A stretch of DNA of 34,795 nt, taken from positions 367,641-402,435 of the forward strand of contig JBNGIO010006342.1 of the NCBI GenBank assembly GCA_049999805.1, written 5' to 3'. This DNA comes from Folioceros fuciformis. Its lineage: Eukaryota. Shown in pieces: positions 10,290-22,500 of the stretch. The stretch's first letter is position 1; every line of letters begins with the position of its first letter. The notes beneath the pieces are model-generated. The model was not told where the DNA came from. It ran no database searches and saw only the letters and a list, made by a program, of their open reading frames with translations. A program made the translations under genes and the position numbers.

Positions 10290-11330
10290 TCAAGTGCGCC
10301 ACACCTGCACGTCCGAGCAGATCTACTATGGACGTGTGGTGCGCCACCTAGGGAGTGATGCCGTAGTGTCCGGTCATATCCGAGAAGCACTCCCGCCCCC
10401 TAATCACTGGACCTGCATCCCTGCAGACCGTTGATATCCCGAGGACGTGATGCCGTCCGACAGTATGCCATCCCCTCTCATTCCGTGAAACAGGTGAAAG
10501 AACACTTCACAGTCTCCCTGAAGGATGGCCCGCAATCAGTGCATTCCACGCGACATCTTGTCTTTCATGCAATGCCTGAAACTCGTGCTGTGCTTCAACG
10601 TGCTTACCAAACGGAGGGCTAAAAGGACACCATACTGACGCCCTTGCTCTCCTGCCAGTGTATGCACCCGCCTTCCCACATTCACAGCTGCCACGTTTGG
10701 ACATGCCTCCAGGACGCACATAAACGTCATAGATCTGAACCCCGTGCAACGAGGTCTTCTTCCTGCACACCCCTGTAAAAGTGAAGACCACCTTACCCCA
10801 TCCTGAATTTTGCGTGGATGTTTGCGTAGCAGTGTTGGATACAGGCGTTCTCTGCAGGCGGGACATCATTGTCCAAGATCTAGGGTTCGTGTTTGTTTCT
10901 GGAGACACGGTTGGATCGATCCCCCTTTGGTTCCTCCATGCAGGTGTACGCCATTTGTCCGCATGTGCCCTCATGTCTGAGCCCTTGCTCGGCATACTCC
11001 GCTATCAGAGAATTTCATCCCACCACATTCTGCGTTCATGCCGTCAAACGTCTGGCGTGCATGTTTCAGTTCATCACATTCTACCCAGACATCAGACCAT
11101 TGCCACCACATCCGCCGTGGCCTGCTGTCGAAAACTTGGCCTGCAAATGCAGCTTGCCACATTTTGCATACATGTCCATCAGGCAGGTGCCAAGAAATAA
11201 GTTTGAGAGAACGTATGTACGTTTCTGCCAGCGTCCAAGTCGGCGGCAAATGCACAGGCTCGAGCTTGGGCAGGATCAAGACGTGAGGATCTGGTCGTTC
11301 TTTGAGCAAATTGTGGTACCAGCCCAGACC
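10290..11330 (-). pseudogene. Degenerate PLS-class PPR gene
   Basis: LMDMYAKCGKL (~11182-11150), HARQTFDGM, TFMCVLEACPNVAAVNVGRRVH, DVAWNALIAG (~10557-10528) and GRECFSDMTGHYGITP*VAHHTSIVDLLGRAG (ending ~10303) occur in canonical order, with frameshifts and stops. Confidence 0.8.
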
Positions 11331-11988
11331 GCACCATACACATGCTCACCAAAAGATGTGTATGTAGTTGTAGAAAATATATCTATAAGTCAATGAAAAG
11401 AAAATAGGATAACCTTTGAGAGATGTTTGTACTCCATCCTCCCAACTGTTTTAAGGTACAGAGCGGTAGTGTCTCCCACGAGCAAAAGGAGAGAGTTGTT
11501 GGCCCACGTTCGGCTTCCCTCTGTTTGGGTATTCGCTACCATTTGGAGTGGCAAAACCAAAAATATCCCATAAAATGTACACAAGAAGCTCAGATGGCGA
11601 GGATATGGGAAGGGGACGAGCAGGGATGGCAAGGAAGATTCCACATGCCCGAAGCATTTATGGCTTCGCAGATCGAGACGCAAGCATCAAGCTTCCTTGG
11701 CAACTTGTATCCAGATATTCAACTCAATGTGCATCCTTGGGGTTCAACGCCCTATCTTCATGAATCCCAGGAAATCATCTCCAAGGAATTGCCTTGTAGT
11801 AATCCACCCAAAGGAGTTAGGATCCCAAACAAGAATAAGGAACAACAGGAGCGAAGGTGGGTCAGTATCGGTTCGCCAAGGCACGGGCTGGCCAACCAAT
11901 ACTTATTTCGTTTAGGAACAAGCATCCCAAGCTCCCCATCAGATGCAGATAGCGTTTCGGGACTTCGGGATGGGGTTCAAGACCTGTG

Positions 11989-14369
11989 TTAGTAAATGCC
12001 AGGAAATATTCTCCAAGGAACTGCCTTGCAGTACTCCACCCAGACGTCCTTGTATTTTGCTCTGCATCTTTCCTCATCTCTCCGCTCTCTCCAGATGAGC
12101 AGGATGAACAAGTAAATCGGGTAGAAGTACGGTATTACGGAGCTGTTCAGTAGTTGAAATTAGTTGAAATGTAGTACCAGGGTGAGGATACGAAACTGTA
12201 AGGAAAGCACATTGACAACTCGGAGTGGTGTAGAACGCTTGAAGTTAGAACTGATACCTTGTGCCGCACATCAAACTTAGGGAGACGGCCACCAACAGGT
12301 CTCCAAGGTAGTTGCAATGTCTTGCAATGCCCCTTCAGAATGACAAGGCAAGGCGAGCTTTAGAAATTCTTCTGGGTGGCAACCGAGAGCATCTGATGTT
12401 TGTGTTTTACATACCAGTACCCCGAGACAAGAAGCTTCCCTCCTATAACTTTAGGCGGCTGACCCCAGATGAGGGCACCAGCATTGTGCTTGAAAACGTG
12501 CTTCTGTTTGTTCGCGCCTCTGAAAACTATATACCTGCATGTGAGACAGGAGAAGTGGAGTCATTGGAGCCATCTCCAGAAGGAACGTGGATCCCAAACA
12601 ACAAGGAGGGAGAGTTTCTATTCTGCCTGGCAGCAGACATACCCAGCCACGAAAACTACGACATTGAAAATCGCTAAAGGTTTTGACAGCTCCACTTTGT
12701 GACTTAATAACCACCAACCCTGCATAAACAGGAAGTACTTGATACAGTAAGAACAGCATGCAATGAGACACTTGGTGGCTGACAATGTCCTGACGTCATA
12801 GGTCCAGACTTGCATCGAAGGGGCACACCTGGATCGAGAAACCGAAGGGGATCCAAACCATGTCTCCAAAAACCAACATGAACCCGAAATTTTCGGCAAT
12901 GATATCCCACCTGCAGAGAAAGCAGCTAACATAGTAACTCAAAACAAAGATTCTGGCAGAAACGTGAAGTTATCATTGACCCAGAGCATGCATACAATTT
13001 TGATCCACATTCGAGCGCGAGTGATGGCAACATACGTGGAGGTCATGTAGGCTTCATACCAAAGAAAGTCAATCACGTATATCTGCAAGACCACCATATC
13101 AGTACTTCAAACATGTAGCTTGAGTTCTTACACCACAAGTTTGGAGAGGGCTCGTTCAGACGTTACAGCCGAGAATATTTGAAACAAAATCATGGGCGGT
13201 GATACGGCACCATCTTCAAGCTTTTGCTTGGCAGCAATTGATAGGTTGATTAGGAGCCATGCAATCATTCCAGCTCGGATCCAGAAGAATCTAGATATTC
13301 AAAGTTTGAGTTCATAACATCTTGCATACTTGCTGGTGTTCAAAACAAATGAAAATGGACCTTACTTCAGATCCAGCCCAAGCACTTGAGGATTCAGCTG
13401 CACGCCAAACCACCTGACTACGCCAGAGAGACAAGGGCAAGGTTCAGCACACGTAAACAACAATAAGGAGGATAGAACATGAACAGCATCAGCGTACTCC
13501 ACTCTGTGAAACATCGGTATAATCCAAACCGTGACAGCTGTGGCATCCACTCACCAGTCGTGAAGCAGGTTTCCAGTTACTCGGGGCCTCAAAGATGCAC
13601 CTTTGCTTGTGGATCTTGACCCCGTGATGTAAAGAATCCAAGTAGCCTAACAAGAGCACCCATCAATTGGCTAGGGTTACATCTGGAAGCACAAACTTGG
13701 ACAAGACTACGAAATCCAGAACGGTATTCAAGCGTAAACAAGACTCACCAAAAGGCACAGAATGTTTGCAGCAGCAAACAGTTGTCCGCCTTTTTCAGCA
13801 GCTATCTGAAAAGACCCAAGCTCGGGAGTCAGATCTGTACAGCATTGACAGGTGATGCATCTCTGCTTCCAGCACAATGTGACAGTACCGTAGAACGAAG
13901 AACGCCTGCCCTGCTTGCGATGCCAAGCGCAACCAGCAGAAAAACAAGCACATTGAAGCCTGCAGAAAACAATGTATCAGCTTGAGACGTAGCCGGACCT
14001 ACATCCCACACCACACGCGGCCCGGATCCACATCTGCATCCCAGCTACAGACAGACGCTCACCATTAGCCTTGTAGTAAATCCTGGTCTTATCCTCCAGC
14101 AATGCACCTGCGATGGTTCTTCCAGGAAGCACCGATCCCAACACAGCCACGGCCACTAGAAACCCCAGCAGCAATCCAACCTGAACACCATACTCCCGTC
14201 AGAGTCAAGACAGGGATCATAAAACGACAAAAAAAAAAAAAAAAAAAGGCAAGAGCAGCATCAGCTAACGGACCATGGAGAGGGACGGGTAGTCCAGCAA
14301 AGGACACCTCTCCAGAACATCCTTGACGACCATGATCGATGCCTCGATTTGTTTCTCCAACTCCACCAT
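11989..14369 (-). CDS. FK: Delta(14)-sterol reductase (FACKEL/HYDRA2, ERG24 family); exons 14369-14274, 14180-14063, 13959-13889, 13805-13749, 13646-13555, 13413-13366, 13290-13167, 13082-13036, 12910-12829, 12719-12643, 12534-12415, 12332-12258, 12142-11989
   Basis: The spliced product contains GNLLHDWWFGVQLNPQ..DLKFF, YMTSTWDIIAENFGFMLVFGD, FRGANKQKH, LLVSGYWGIARHCNYLGD and RRDEERC..KY..W..Y..VPWRIFPGIY*. The first exon is the least certain. Confidence 0.93.
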
Positions 14370-14588
14370 CGCGCATCTGGAATACCACAAGGGCAGGCAA
14401 AATGGGGAAGTGTAGTAAAAACATTGTTTCAGACGTATCCGGTACATACGTTGTTTTGCCGATTGACGCTTCACAAACGTTTCATGTACGTACACCCCTA
14501 CCTGCACCGTTATTTCGTGACGCGTGACGGAGGCAGTTTTGGGGGAGAAGGCGCCGTCAGTCGGGCGGAGCTGGATGGCCACGGAACG

Positions 14589-14619
14589 CAACACAACACA
14601 ACACAACACAACACAACAC
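14589..14619. repeat. (CAACA)n pentanucleotide microsatellite upstream of FK
   Basis: Six consecutive CAACA units. Confidence 0.85.
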
Positions 14620-15699
14620 GGGACGTTTCCCAAGACAGATTCCGTTCAATTACAACGGCAGCGCGAGTGCCGAATTTGTCGTAGCCTGTGGGTGAGATGC
14701 AGCTTTGGGACCAGTGCAAGTCTGTCAAGTTGCCCCCAACAAGACGCGAAAGCAATGTATGTAGTGTCACAGGCTTCCGCGATGAGCACATGCGTCCCTG
14801 CTTGTTACGCATGGAGGCAATCTTAAATGGGGATTGGAAACCTATGTCCACTGAGAAGACGATTCAGTCGCAGGCTTTGGATAAAGACAGTGATCTTGAA
14901 AGCTCAAAGGCCCAAAGCCCAAAGGGCGGGGTGATGCAGCAATTGCAACGCGGACACAGCACAGCTTGCATTCGTCAATTGGTAATTCCTTGCCCTAGGG
15001 CAAGGCATATTGCTGGAGGCTCGTCTTCCCAAGTCTTGATGCCCTCAAACTCCTCATCAGCAGCCTAAGCAAAGTGGATCTGATATGCATGTTGGGCTAC
15101 GGCCATGCTGCATGTTGCGTAAGGCGTAGTAAAGGTGAGACCTAGTCAAGCGGCAATTGGAATCCTGCTCTGGCGACTGACCTGACTCCAAGGATATTGC
15201 TTTTGCAGGGCGTAGGCGTTGCTTGTCAGATTTGATTTAGTATTGGTATCTCAGACACTGGCTGTGAATTACACTCCTCTGGGATAGGATACCTCCGGGC
15301 CTGTGAGAAGATCTGGATCCGAGAAGCAGAATGGAAGGAGAACCTCTCATCGAAGGTGCAGGACAAGGACAAGGAGGCCGCGGCAGGAAGGAGGAATATT
15401 GGCAGGCAAGCTAATTGCTGCCGTCATGCGGGCCACCTTGGGGTGGCCATGTGCCGCACTCCACAAGCCACATGGCTGCAATAGGATGTCAGATGGAGCA
15501 TGAGCAAACCCTAGCGTGCCATCATCCATGCCTCCTGCAGCTGCCGGCCTGCCTGCCTGTGTTGCCACAAGGGCAGCATGTGAGCGAGACAAGGGAGGCA
15601 CGATGACCACGGCGGCCTGGGACAGGCCCGGAGTGGCAGCAGCAGGCTTTTGGACCCCACTACTGTTGGAGCATGTCTGGATATCTGTGACCACAGTAG

Positions 15700-17330
15700 G
15701 CCAGTACTGCGGCTGCCCTAAGCTTCCATCACCGTTTTGTCCATTCTTGACTGGGAAGTTGAAACTGCTCCATCTTCCTCGGCTCCCATTGTACATTTGG
15801 AAGTGGCAGTACATTTTGGCAACACGTTGGCAATCATGCTGGACTACAACTGCTGCCCTACCGGATCGACGGACGGGCTTGGCCTGGGCACGGCTTGGCC
15901 TGGCCTGATGAGCAACAATACTTACGCTTATTTTATACTGGCCGCCTCCAGTTGTGTTCAATACCAACTGCAAAATGCTGTTATAGGCATTCATGACCGG
16001 AGCTCCGCAGTTGCAACGTCTGGGGTGTTACATAACCTCCTCCTTGTTGTGTGCGAGCAGCGATGGAGAGGGCGGTCCAACCCCTGGTCAAGGCAGCGTC
16101 AATGAGTACATACCCTACAACTGTGGTTGGCGAAAGGACTGGAGTGTGGCAGTGGCTCCTGCAAGAGGGGTGGTTGCCGATTTAGGAGGTGCACCCATTT
16201 CCGGGCCCCGGCAGAGGCATGTCAGGGCTCGAGTAATGTGCAGGGCCCGATTCCGGCGTGCAGGTCAGACATCGGGGAGAGTTGAAGCTTTGGTTGGTTA
16301 GGCGACTTGTAACTCGCTACAGTCCAGGCGTGCGCGCCCGACGGGAATCCGAATCCCCGGATTTCGGCTGGGTAAAAAGTGACAGCCAGTTTTTATTACC
16401 CGCAGTGCGCGCAGCGCGCGCGATATGCTCTACCAGTCTGGCGCCCCGGCCCTGAAGGTAGTGCCCATCACGTCCGACTCCGGACCCCAGCTCATCACCC
16501 GTCCCAGCCTGTATCTTCATGGACATCGGCATGGGCATGTTGTAGGGCGTGGGCAGCCCCTAGGTGGATGCCCAAGCTTTGTCCATGTGAAGTGCAGCTC
16601 GGCCTGCTCTGCCAGAGCTCGGGCTCGGGCTCTGGGACCCTGCTGTTTTATGACAGACTTTATCACCCTATTCATGGCCCCGCCTCGGCCTCTACGCCGC
16701 CCAAGACGTGAGAAAGAACGCACCATGGTTAGGCTCCCGGCGTTCACATGCAACTCCTTTCACATGCCTTGCTGCTGTTGCAGCTGCTACTGCTGATCAG
16801 AGGCTAGTGAGAGAGCTTATAGCATACAATGCTCGTCACGCCGTCTTGGCATATGAGGCTGTCAGGAGGAGGATGTTGAAGCAACCACACCTTCATGACT
16901 AGAGTCCATCAAATTCTGGCTTCTAGGATGTAACACATTTGGTGCACATTTGGGGGTGGCGTTTTGGTGGATGGTGTCTGCAAGCGCATGAGAGACGGGA
17001 ACATTCCGGGTACACTATGAGTTGAGATGGCTATATTTAGCAGGTGCTGTAGGTGGCTTGTGTCGGATTGGCCATCAATGATTGACCTGTTTGCCAACAT
17101 TTTTGGGGCGGAGACGAAGGCTGTCACAGGTTTTTTACCGCTTTGACTCTGGCAATCTCATTAAGTGGGGCCATGTGGGAAGTCCCACATTGGAGAAGCC
17201 CCAAGCAGCCGTTGAAGGTTCAACGTCCATGCAACAAGCCTCTCCTCTCCAGGCTCCCTCACGTGCCTTGCCCATGCCTCTCAGCATTCTTGAAGCAAAC
17301 GTCCAGACTATGCATCGAGCACTCGTCACC
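15700..17330. mobile_element. Possible highly degraded PIF/Harbinger-like element (Myb/SANT-like remnant on -, transposase N-terminal-like remnant on +)
   Basis: Minus strand: LTRGWTALSIAARTQQGGG..VMNAYNSIL..VQHDCQRVAKMY. Plus strand, across a frameshift: MIDLFANIFG/RRRRLSQVFY..LIKWGH. Resemblance judged by eye only. No TIRs, TSD or DDE triad identified. Confidence 0.25.
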
Positions 17331-19533
17331 GATTTGAGTTCAACTAGTTGGGAACTGGGCTGCGAGACGAGACTGGAGAGCAGCCCATGATGGATGACGG
17401 AGCTGAGGAACCGAGATCGAGCAACAAGTCCGAATAGCATCATGATGCCAGCACCGGATTCATTCATGGAATGCGTTTGCGCCCCCTGCCTTGATAAACT
17501 TCGCTATCTGCTGGGTAGCCTTGTACTGGTCATGGAGGATGATGGGTAGTTGGCAGGGTACATCAAAGTGCAGTACCGGATGGGCCATGGCAGGCAGCAG
17601 GCATTCATGGCAGCGCCCGCACTTACAGCGGCGGTCTCCATCATGCATCCTAGAGAGCCTGCGGTCTGTCTGGCTACCGAGATCTCCAGGAAGGTGGGTT
17701 TTGCATGACGTGGGTCACAGATGTGGCATGATCTACATCAACAGGCAGGCTGTGGAGAGGCCACGCTTTACCGTGGCCACATAGCGCTGGAAAGGTGGCA
17801 TCGTCACATGAGTCAGGTACACTTAGTGTACATATGTGCATACAATAGCTTGGGGAACCGACGGGAGCCAGACCGGGAGACGCAGACCGAGAAGACATTT
17901 TGTTGGGAGGCAAGTCTTCCTTGGTCACGAGGTAGCGCCAACCCGTGACTAATGATCCCTGTCTCCTTTTGCTTTTGATTTTTTTGACCCTAGCGATGGC
18001 GGTGCATCCCGCTCCCACAATTGGAAGTGGAGCAGCAGACATCAGGTCCCTTCTCGCTTTCTCGCCCTTGTCCTGGGCCTTGAAGTTGGGTGGCATGGCA
18101 TCTGCGCGTGCCGTCGCAGGAGGTTGCCTGCCTACCAGCCTCTCGGCCAGTAGCCCCACACATGCCGGAAAAGCAACTTGGTGAGAGGCCATTGGAACAG
18201 CTGCCGCGGGCCCGCTGTGCGCACTGCGGTGTGGCTCCACTGTTCAACGGAGTCCGTCGTCCGGCCTCCTGCTCCGTTGTTTTTACAGCCCAGGATTTAG
18301 ATTTTACTGGCACACCACCCACAGCTCCTCTTTCTATGTCACAAGTCCCTGTACCTCACAGCTGAAGAGCTGCTGTGTTGCTCCTCTCTCCAGAAGCTCC
18401 AGCTGCAGCTGCTCTCCCGTCCCCAGACAGCAGGGAGGAGGCGATGTGTTGCCGGAGCAGCAGCTGCTACTGCTGAGCTACCGACGTGGGTGATGAAGGG
18501 TCTCTCCTCCTCTGCTCTCTCTTCAGGGCCGGGCTCTGGCTCATGATGAGTGCACTCGCAGCTGATCTGCCCGTTGCTCTGCCCCCGCCCGAGCCTGCGC
18601 CTGCGCCTCCTGCAGAGCAGTGATGCATCCGTGCTCGTGGCAGAATCAGTGCGCGTCCAGTTGGGGGACACAGCATCGACCTCTCTGCCACCTTCCGCGG
18701 CGTGCATTGGGTGTGCTGTCTCTGTCCCGTGGCTCGGCCCAGCATTACGTGCTCGGAGGGCTGTGGGGTCTTGGGAAGTAGGAGGAATTCGAGCCCCTGG
18801 CAAGGGAAGCGGGTGGCGGATCAGACGGGCTGTGGGCAGTACAGTGTACGCAATTTCGCGTGCTGAGAATGAGCGCCTTGTCAACCCGACCGGAGACTTG
18901 GAGGAGGAAGGTCCTGATCAATATGTGTAGGTGGATACCCAGGAGAGCTCACAGGACGGACTTCGACTTCGGGCTGTCGACGCAGCTTGCCTGAGGACGC
19001 TGTGGGTTGAGGCCTCTCGCGCGGGAGGAACTGGTGTTTGAGCTCAGCAAGGGCTTCCTTCACGGCCCTTTGTTTGTGAGAGGAAACGTGGGGGATCCGT
19101 CGTCAATGCTGCCTCCTCTGAGCATGTGTTCTGCAACTTGTTGAGCTGCTGCGGCCGTGGTGAGGCTCAGCTCCTTGCATTACTGCTCCTTCCCAATTTT
19201 GCCTCTGCGCTTAGCTTTTCTATGGTTTTCTGCGTCCGTCTCGGTGGTAGATCGGGTTGGGATGTCCCTCTTTTGCCACCCGTCGCTTTCGTCTGGTTGT
19301 TCATAGATCAAGTGCGCGTGAGAGAAGCGCGTGATGGCCTTGGGCTCGGCTGTGTAGCCCCTGACCCTGACAGCTGTGCAGCTCAGGGAGCTCTTGTTTG
19401 CAACCCAGATCTTGAACGGATCAGTCGTTTCTTACTGTATGCCTTGTGCTCGTGAGCCTTGACAGCTACGGACAACACCGCCACAGCCAAATCGCCCGGA
19501 TTGTCTTCGGAGCGAGATCTACCGACTGACTGT

Positions 19534-22500
19534 ATGGGGGGAATGCTGCAATTTTTCGATTTGAACCAGGCGCTGGCTGCCAAGCACAAGCTTCTCGCGG
19601 ATCGAAGATATGGAGATGGTGGGATTTGTGCTCTGTCTGGCAGTCGCATTTTCACTGATGGCTCTCCCCGTTTGGGTGCTAATTCTTACGAGTCTTACGT
19701 TGTGCAGCCTTGCCAGCTTCTCATGCAGACTTTTTCTCTGCCTCGGGGATGGAGGCTCCGAGGAACAGTGTGGACTACTCAGTTGCTGAGACACCGCGTA
19801 CCAGCACTGCCCAACTCGATTTCTTTTCAGGGTTGGAAGCTCCAAGAAATAGCCATGCTAACCAGGAGGATATCCCTGTGGCTTCGTTTATTCCCACGAA
19901 GCTTAGTTTCCCTGGAACCGCGGTTCATCCCGACTTCCTCTCAGGGTTGGAGGCTCCCAGAAACAGCCATGCCCATCAGGATGACATCCCAGTGGCTACG
20001 ATCATCCCGAACAAGTTAGAATTTCCACGAAGTATAGCTCAAGCGGATTTCTTGTCAGGTCTGGAAGCTCCAAGAAACAGTCATGCCAACCAGGAAGACG
20101 TTGCTTCGGCGTCCTTCATTCCCCCGAAGTTGAACTTCCAAGGAAGTATCCCTCAAGTTGAGTTCTTTTCGGGACTGGAGGCTCCAAGAAACAGCGTGGA
20201 CTACTCAGTGTGTGACACGCCACGGACCAGTCATGCCAGGCAGGATGATGTGCCTGTACGTTCTCCAACATGACTGACACATGCAGTGGTGCCGTGTTTC
20301 GTTCATGTTTGATATTTGGTTCTAAGTAGTCTGTTTCTACATGTGCAGTTTGGCTATGAGTTCCCCAAAAATCCCCTTGTCTCTCCACCACCAGGGAAGT
20401 TCTTCAATCCTGGAATATCAAGGAGAGATGGTGCGGTCGAAAAGGATTCTAGGCGGAACGCTGCTGTACCAGCTCCGAAGATTACTGTGATCGGTGATCC
20501 TGTTGCAGAGTTTGAGACTCGACGCAGGGCTCCTGGTGTGGTTGCCCGCCTCATGGGTCTGGAAGCGTTGCCTGAGGCAAAGCAGGTGAGGAAAGACCCC
20601 GTCATAGCTGAGTCTGATTTGCAGCCACCAAGGAAGTCATCTGCTGAGGCCAGTGCTCCTCAACGTTTGAAGAAGAGTGTGAAGGAAGCAACACAGCAGA
20701 GAAGAGGCCCTGATGTGGGGCCTGCACAACAGGCCTTGAAGTCACAGCCGTCTTCACCGAAAGTCCCTAGTGAGACGTCATATTCCCTGAATAAGCCTCA
20801 AGAGATCCGGATCTTGTATCCTAAGCAGTTGCCCTCTCCTGAAGAATCTCCTTTGAGGGAATCTCCCCGTCTTCGAAGTCTTGAAATTCCGGATAGTGTC
20901 CATGACAAAACAAGGTTTGAGCAACTTGCTTTTCGGGACCACCCGCAGGAGAAGCAGCTGCAGGAATTTAAGAAGCAATTTGAGGCCAAGCTTCAGCCCA
21001 AGGAGAAGACCCGTGCAAACCAGCTGGAAGGTTCAGATAAGGAGTTTGAAGACAAGAAGATACTTGTTCGTGAAAGGCTGAATGAAGCAAAGAAGACATT
21101 GGGACGGGAGAAGTTGAGTGAAGCGAAGCGTCGGGCAGCAAGGCAAAAACTGAAGGAGTCTAAGGAGTTTCTGGAGGCCTTGGAATTTCTGCAATCTAAC
21201 AGGGAGTTCTTCCTCAGATTTCTGCAAGAGCCATTGTCCTCATTGGCCAAGCAAATGCAGGAGCCGGAATCACCACAGAAGCTCTATAAATCGGATAGAA
21301 AGCAACCTCGCAACTCAAGCCCCCATGGTGAATCGAAAAGAGAAGGGCTCAGCGTCAGGGCACCTGTGTCAGTGTTTGATGATGAAAAGAAGAACAGGGA
21401 AGCCAAGTTGTTATTCCAGAGGCAGCAGGGTCCTAAATCTCCAGCGGATCTGGCCATGTTCTCAAGAACCAGAGCTTCTTCTGATGGGGAGCTTGGTCAG
21501 CAGCATGGCAGACGGGGTTCCCCAGTTGCGACAGATGTTGAAAGTGGGCTGACGAGAATTGTGATTCTCAAGCCAACTCTGGGAAGGGGTAGCCCTCTGA
21601 GGTCCATATCTCCGGCTTGTTCGCCTCGGCCATACCGGTCTGCCAGTGATAGGAAAGATAATACCAGACAGGGAGCTAAGGACATACTGCGAGATGCAAG
21701 GAATGGGGGAGGGCAGAACTTTCACGATGGAGGCGGTGCTTTGTCTGGGGAAGAGTCTCGGTTCAGGGGAACACCAAAAGATCCGAGAGTTATTGCAAGG
21801 GAGATAGTTAGGAGAGCGCAGGAGACTGCCAGTAAAAAACTAGGAAGAGAGGCTCCTAGGGCTGGCAGCTCCTCTGTCACGAAGCATGGAAGTACAGGGA
21901 AAAGAGTTTCAGTTTCTCGTGCTGGAACTGATAGTGGGGATATAACTGCGAGCAGTGATGGAGATGGATCCATACCCCCATCTAGGCTGAAGGCTTACCG
22001 GGATTCCCCTGGAAGGTCTGCAAGTAGCTCTCCTCGAATGCGGTCATTGGATGTAGCATCTAATAGTGCCAGCAGGGATGTGAAAAAACGAGTACCAGAA
22101 AGAATCAAAATTTTACAGCCAGATAAGGCGTTAGAGGAGCCACAGCCAAAGGCAATGTCTCCGTTGGGTAGAAATGCTGCTTTGGTGAACACGGGTAAGC
22201 CAGGCTCTCCTCAGCCTGCTAGTCCTGTGAAAACCCGGGAACTGATCAAGCATGCGACAGAAAGCCTCGTTGAAAACCAGAGCTTCTCGATATCTGATGC
22301 ACATGGCCCTGCGGATGAAAAGAAGCCTGGAAAGCCTTCAAGGTCTGAGAAGGTGTTCAAGATGGACAAAATGTCAAATCCACCCCAGAAGAGCACGGAG
22401 GAGGGCAAGGATGGGTCCCTAAGAGTGCTAACAAGAAGTAGGTCCCTGCCCAACTCAGTATCAGCCGAATGGACTCACGTGGATTCAAAGGTTAGGAAGC

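Noticed and set aside
11423..11992. 189-aa plus-strand ORF
   Set aside because: No domain-like features. It overlaps the FK 3' region and the decayed exon copy on the opposite strand.
18050..19450. Multiple overlapping 100-190 aa ORFs
   Set aside because: GC-rich low-complexity sequence is open in several frames and none resembles a known protein.
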